Shown in pieces: positions 62,667 through 64,000 of a stretch of DNA of 64,000 nucleotides. The stretch lies in IMG/VR virus record IMGVR_UViG_3300035498_000778, positions 60,893 to 124,892 of that record; one strand, written 5' to 3'. Each line of letters begins with the position of its first letter. The first letter of the stretch is position 1. Both the position numbers and the translations under genes were made by a program. The DNA comes from a virus. Lineage: Duplodnaviria > Caudoviricetes. The notes under the pieces are model-generated. The model was given only the letters and a program-made list of their open reading frames with translations. It was not told the origin of the DNA and did no database searches.

Positions 62667-62795
62667 ATTATATTACCTCCATATTATGGTCTATATGTTT
62701 ATATACTTCCATGTCTATAATATATAATTAAAAATATATTAAGTAAACCATATGGTTTACTTAATATAAATGTTATTAATATAATAAAAAGTTAT
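62663..62795 (-). repeat. 133-bp perfect inverted repeat, right copy
   Basis: Exact reverse complement of 25483-25615. Confidence 0.95.
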
Positions 62796-62797
62796 AC

Positions 62798-64000
62798 TTA
62801 TTTTTTATATTTATTAGCAATTTCCCTCTTGATATCTACCGTACGTTTACGAAAGGCTTCATTAAGGGCTATCATCTCAGGATTATTCCTATTATATAAG
62901 TCCGTTTTTTCATCATATAGTTTTTCCTGTTTTTCGGCAAGCTCTGAATGTTCTTTCTCAAGACGTTTTTTATCAGCTTCACTTGTATCTTGTAAAGCCT
63001 GTAAGAACTTAATCTCTGTCATTCTGTAACGTACCTTATATATTTCTTCTAGTACAGCTTTAAATTTATTAATCACAGATGCTGGTTCAAAGCTTTCTAT
63101 ATCCTTATTACGCTTATATAGGATACTTCTCATCTGAGGATTAGCATCGTTATATAAATTTTGGGAAGCGGTTATTAATTCTTCCTTTTTATCATTAATT
63201 TGCTTATAGCTTTTATTTAGCTTTTCTTTATCAGCATCACTTATATTCGGATCTTTCAGTGAAAATTTAATCTCACGAGATTGTTTTATCAATTCAACCA
63301 AGCTATCTGATATACTTTTATACTCGGCGGCTGCGGCTTCTTCATTAGCTTGTGTAACTTCTGCTGCTTTTTGTTGCTGTTCTTTAACTTTTTCCTTAGT
63401 ATCTTTATCTGTGTTATCATTATTAGTACTAGCATTATTTGTATTAACATTTTTAGTACTATTATTTGTAGTATTAGTATTATTATCTTCCTTAGTATTA
63501 TTACTTGTAGTATTAGAATCAGTAGTTTTATCACTATCATTCTCTACAGTTTTAGTAGCATTTTGTTCACATTTATCAACTGTATTACTTACTTCTTTTT
63601 TACTCTTTTCAACTTTACTAGGTAGTTTAATTATACCTTTCTTTAATAATACTACAGCTGCACCTAATGTAACAGTAACTGTGGCTGCGGTAGCTACTTT
63701 CTTAGTATCTACTTTAAACTTACCTTTTTCTTTAGATTTATTATTTAAATATTCTTTCTTTTGTTTATCTATTTCTGTTTCTACTTTATTAGGATCAGCT
63801 ATCTGTACTTTAACTAATCCTAATTTAGGATTCTTCTTTATATTTTCTTCTATTTCATTTAGTTTATTTGTATTCTCTTTATTCTTACCAGTTATTTTAC
63901 TTATTATCTTATTAAATATATCTTTTATCTTTTCTTTTAAATTACTAAAGAATGTTTTAATACTATCTAATACTGACTCACACATATAACTATCTTCATA
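62798..64000 (-). CDS. Cassette family member D (5' end outside window)
   Basis: YEDSYMCESVLDSIKTFF...KKGIIKLP constant region; B-like middle, Asn/Thr insertion, C-like tail. Confidence 0.85.
   Translation of the reverse strand, partial: YEDSYMCESVLDSIKTFFSNLKEKIKDIFNKIISKITGKNKENTNKLNEIEENIKKNPKLGLVKVQIADPNKVETEIDKQKKEYLNNKSKEKGKFKVDTKKVATAATVTVTLGAAVVLLKKGIIKLPSKVEKSKKEVSNTVDKCEQNATKTVENDSDKTTDSNTTSNNTKEDNNTNTTNNSTKNVNTNNASTNNDNTDKDTKEKVKEQQQKAAEVTQANEEAAAAEYKSISDSLVELIKQSREIKFSLKDPNISDADKEKLNKSYKQINDKKEELITASQNLYNDANPQMRSILYKRNKDIESFEPASVINKFKAVLEEIYKVRYRMTEIKFLQALQDTSEADKKRLEKEHSELAEKQEKLYDEKTDLYNRNNPEMIALNEAFRKRTVDIKREIANKYKK

Noticed and set aside
8308-63989. Numerous antisense ORFs in the track (e.g. 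8308, 17100, 19668, 37824, 63411)
   Set aside because: Shadows of real genes on the opposite strand, lacking RBS and promoter motifs
1-64000. Stop-codon reassignment, tRNA or rRNA genes
   Set aside because: Conserved genes are full length in the standard bacterial code with TAA, TAG and TGA all used as stops; no cloverleaf or rRNA-like sequence noticed by eye

Overview
A 64 kb, AT-rich segment of a phiKZ/AR9-like jumbo phage. The host is probably an anaerobic Firmicute, judging from strong AGGAGG ribosome-binding sites, NrdG, and a peptidase M15-SH3 lysin. The window encodes pieces of two multisubunit RNA polymerases. The likely non-virion beta' is split into an N half (25.6 kb) and a C half (59.8-61.8 kb); the N half is interrupted exactly inside NADFDG^D by a group I intron carrying an HNH endonuclease. 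The likely virion enzyme is represented by an unsplit beta' (41-44 kb) and a beta C-terminal fragment. Other genes include a terminase, DnaB, RecD/Dda and SF2 helicases, RusA, ThyX, NrdG, a GT2, a DHH phosphoesterase and several tail fibres, three of them ending in a peptidase G2 chaperone domain. Two promoter classes can be read from the sequence: TATATATTAT-N5-TG (9 copies, likely early) and AACA-N6-TA (22 copies, AR9-type late). The most unusual feature is a cassette-like gene family. Each member has a near-identical, very AT-rich 459-bp 5' constant region and a variable 3' region, and the members in the left array are separated by a repeated palindromic spacer. The family occurs as a tandem array at 19.6-25.5 kb and again in inverted orientation at the right edge. 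Both loci end in a perfect 133-bp inverted repeat that flanks a 37-kb segment and supplies the identical promoter and leader to the transcription units of both non-virion beta' halves. A duplicated, covarying H-type RNA pseudoknot also precedes two early membrane-protein genes.
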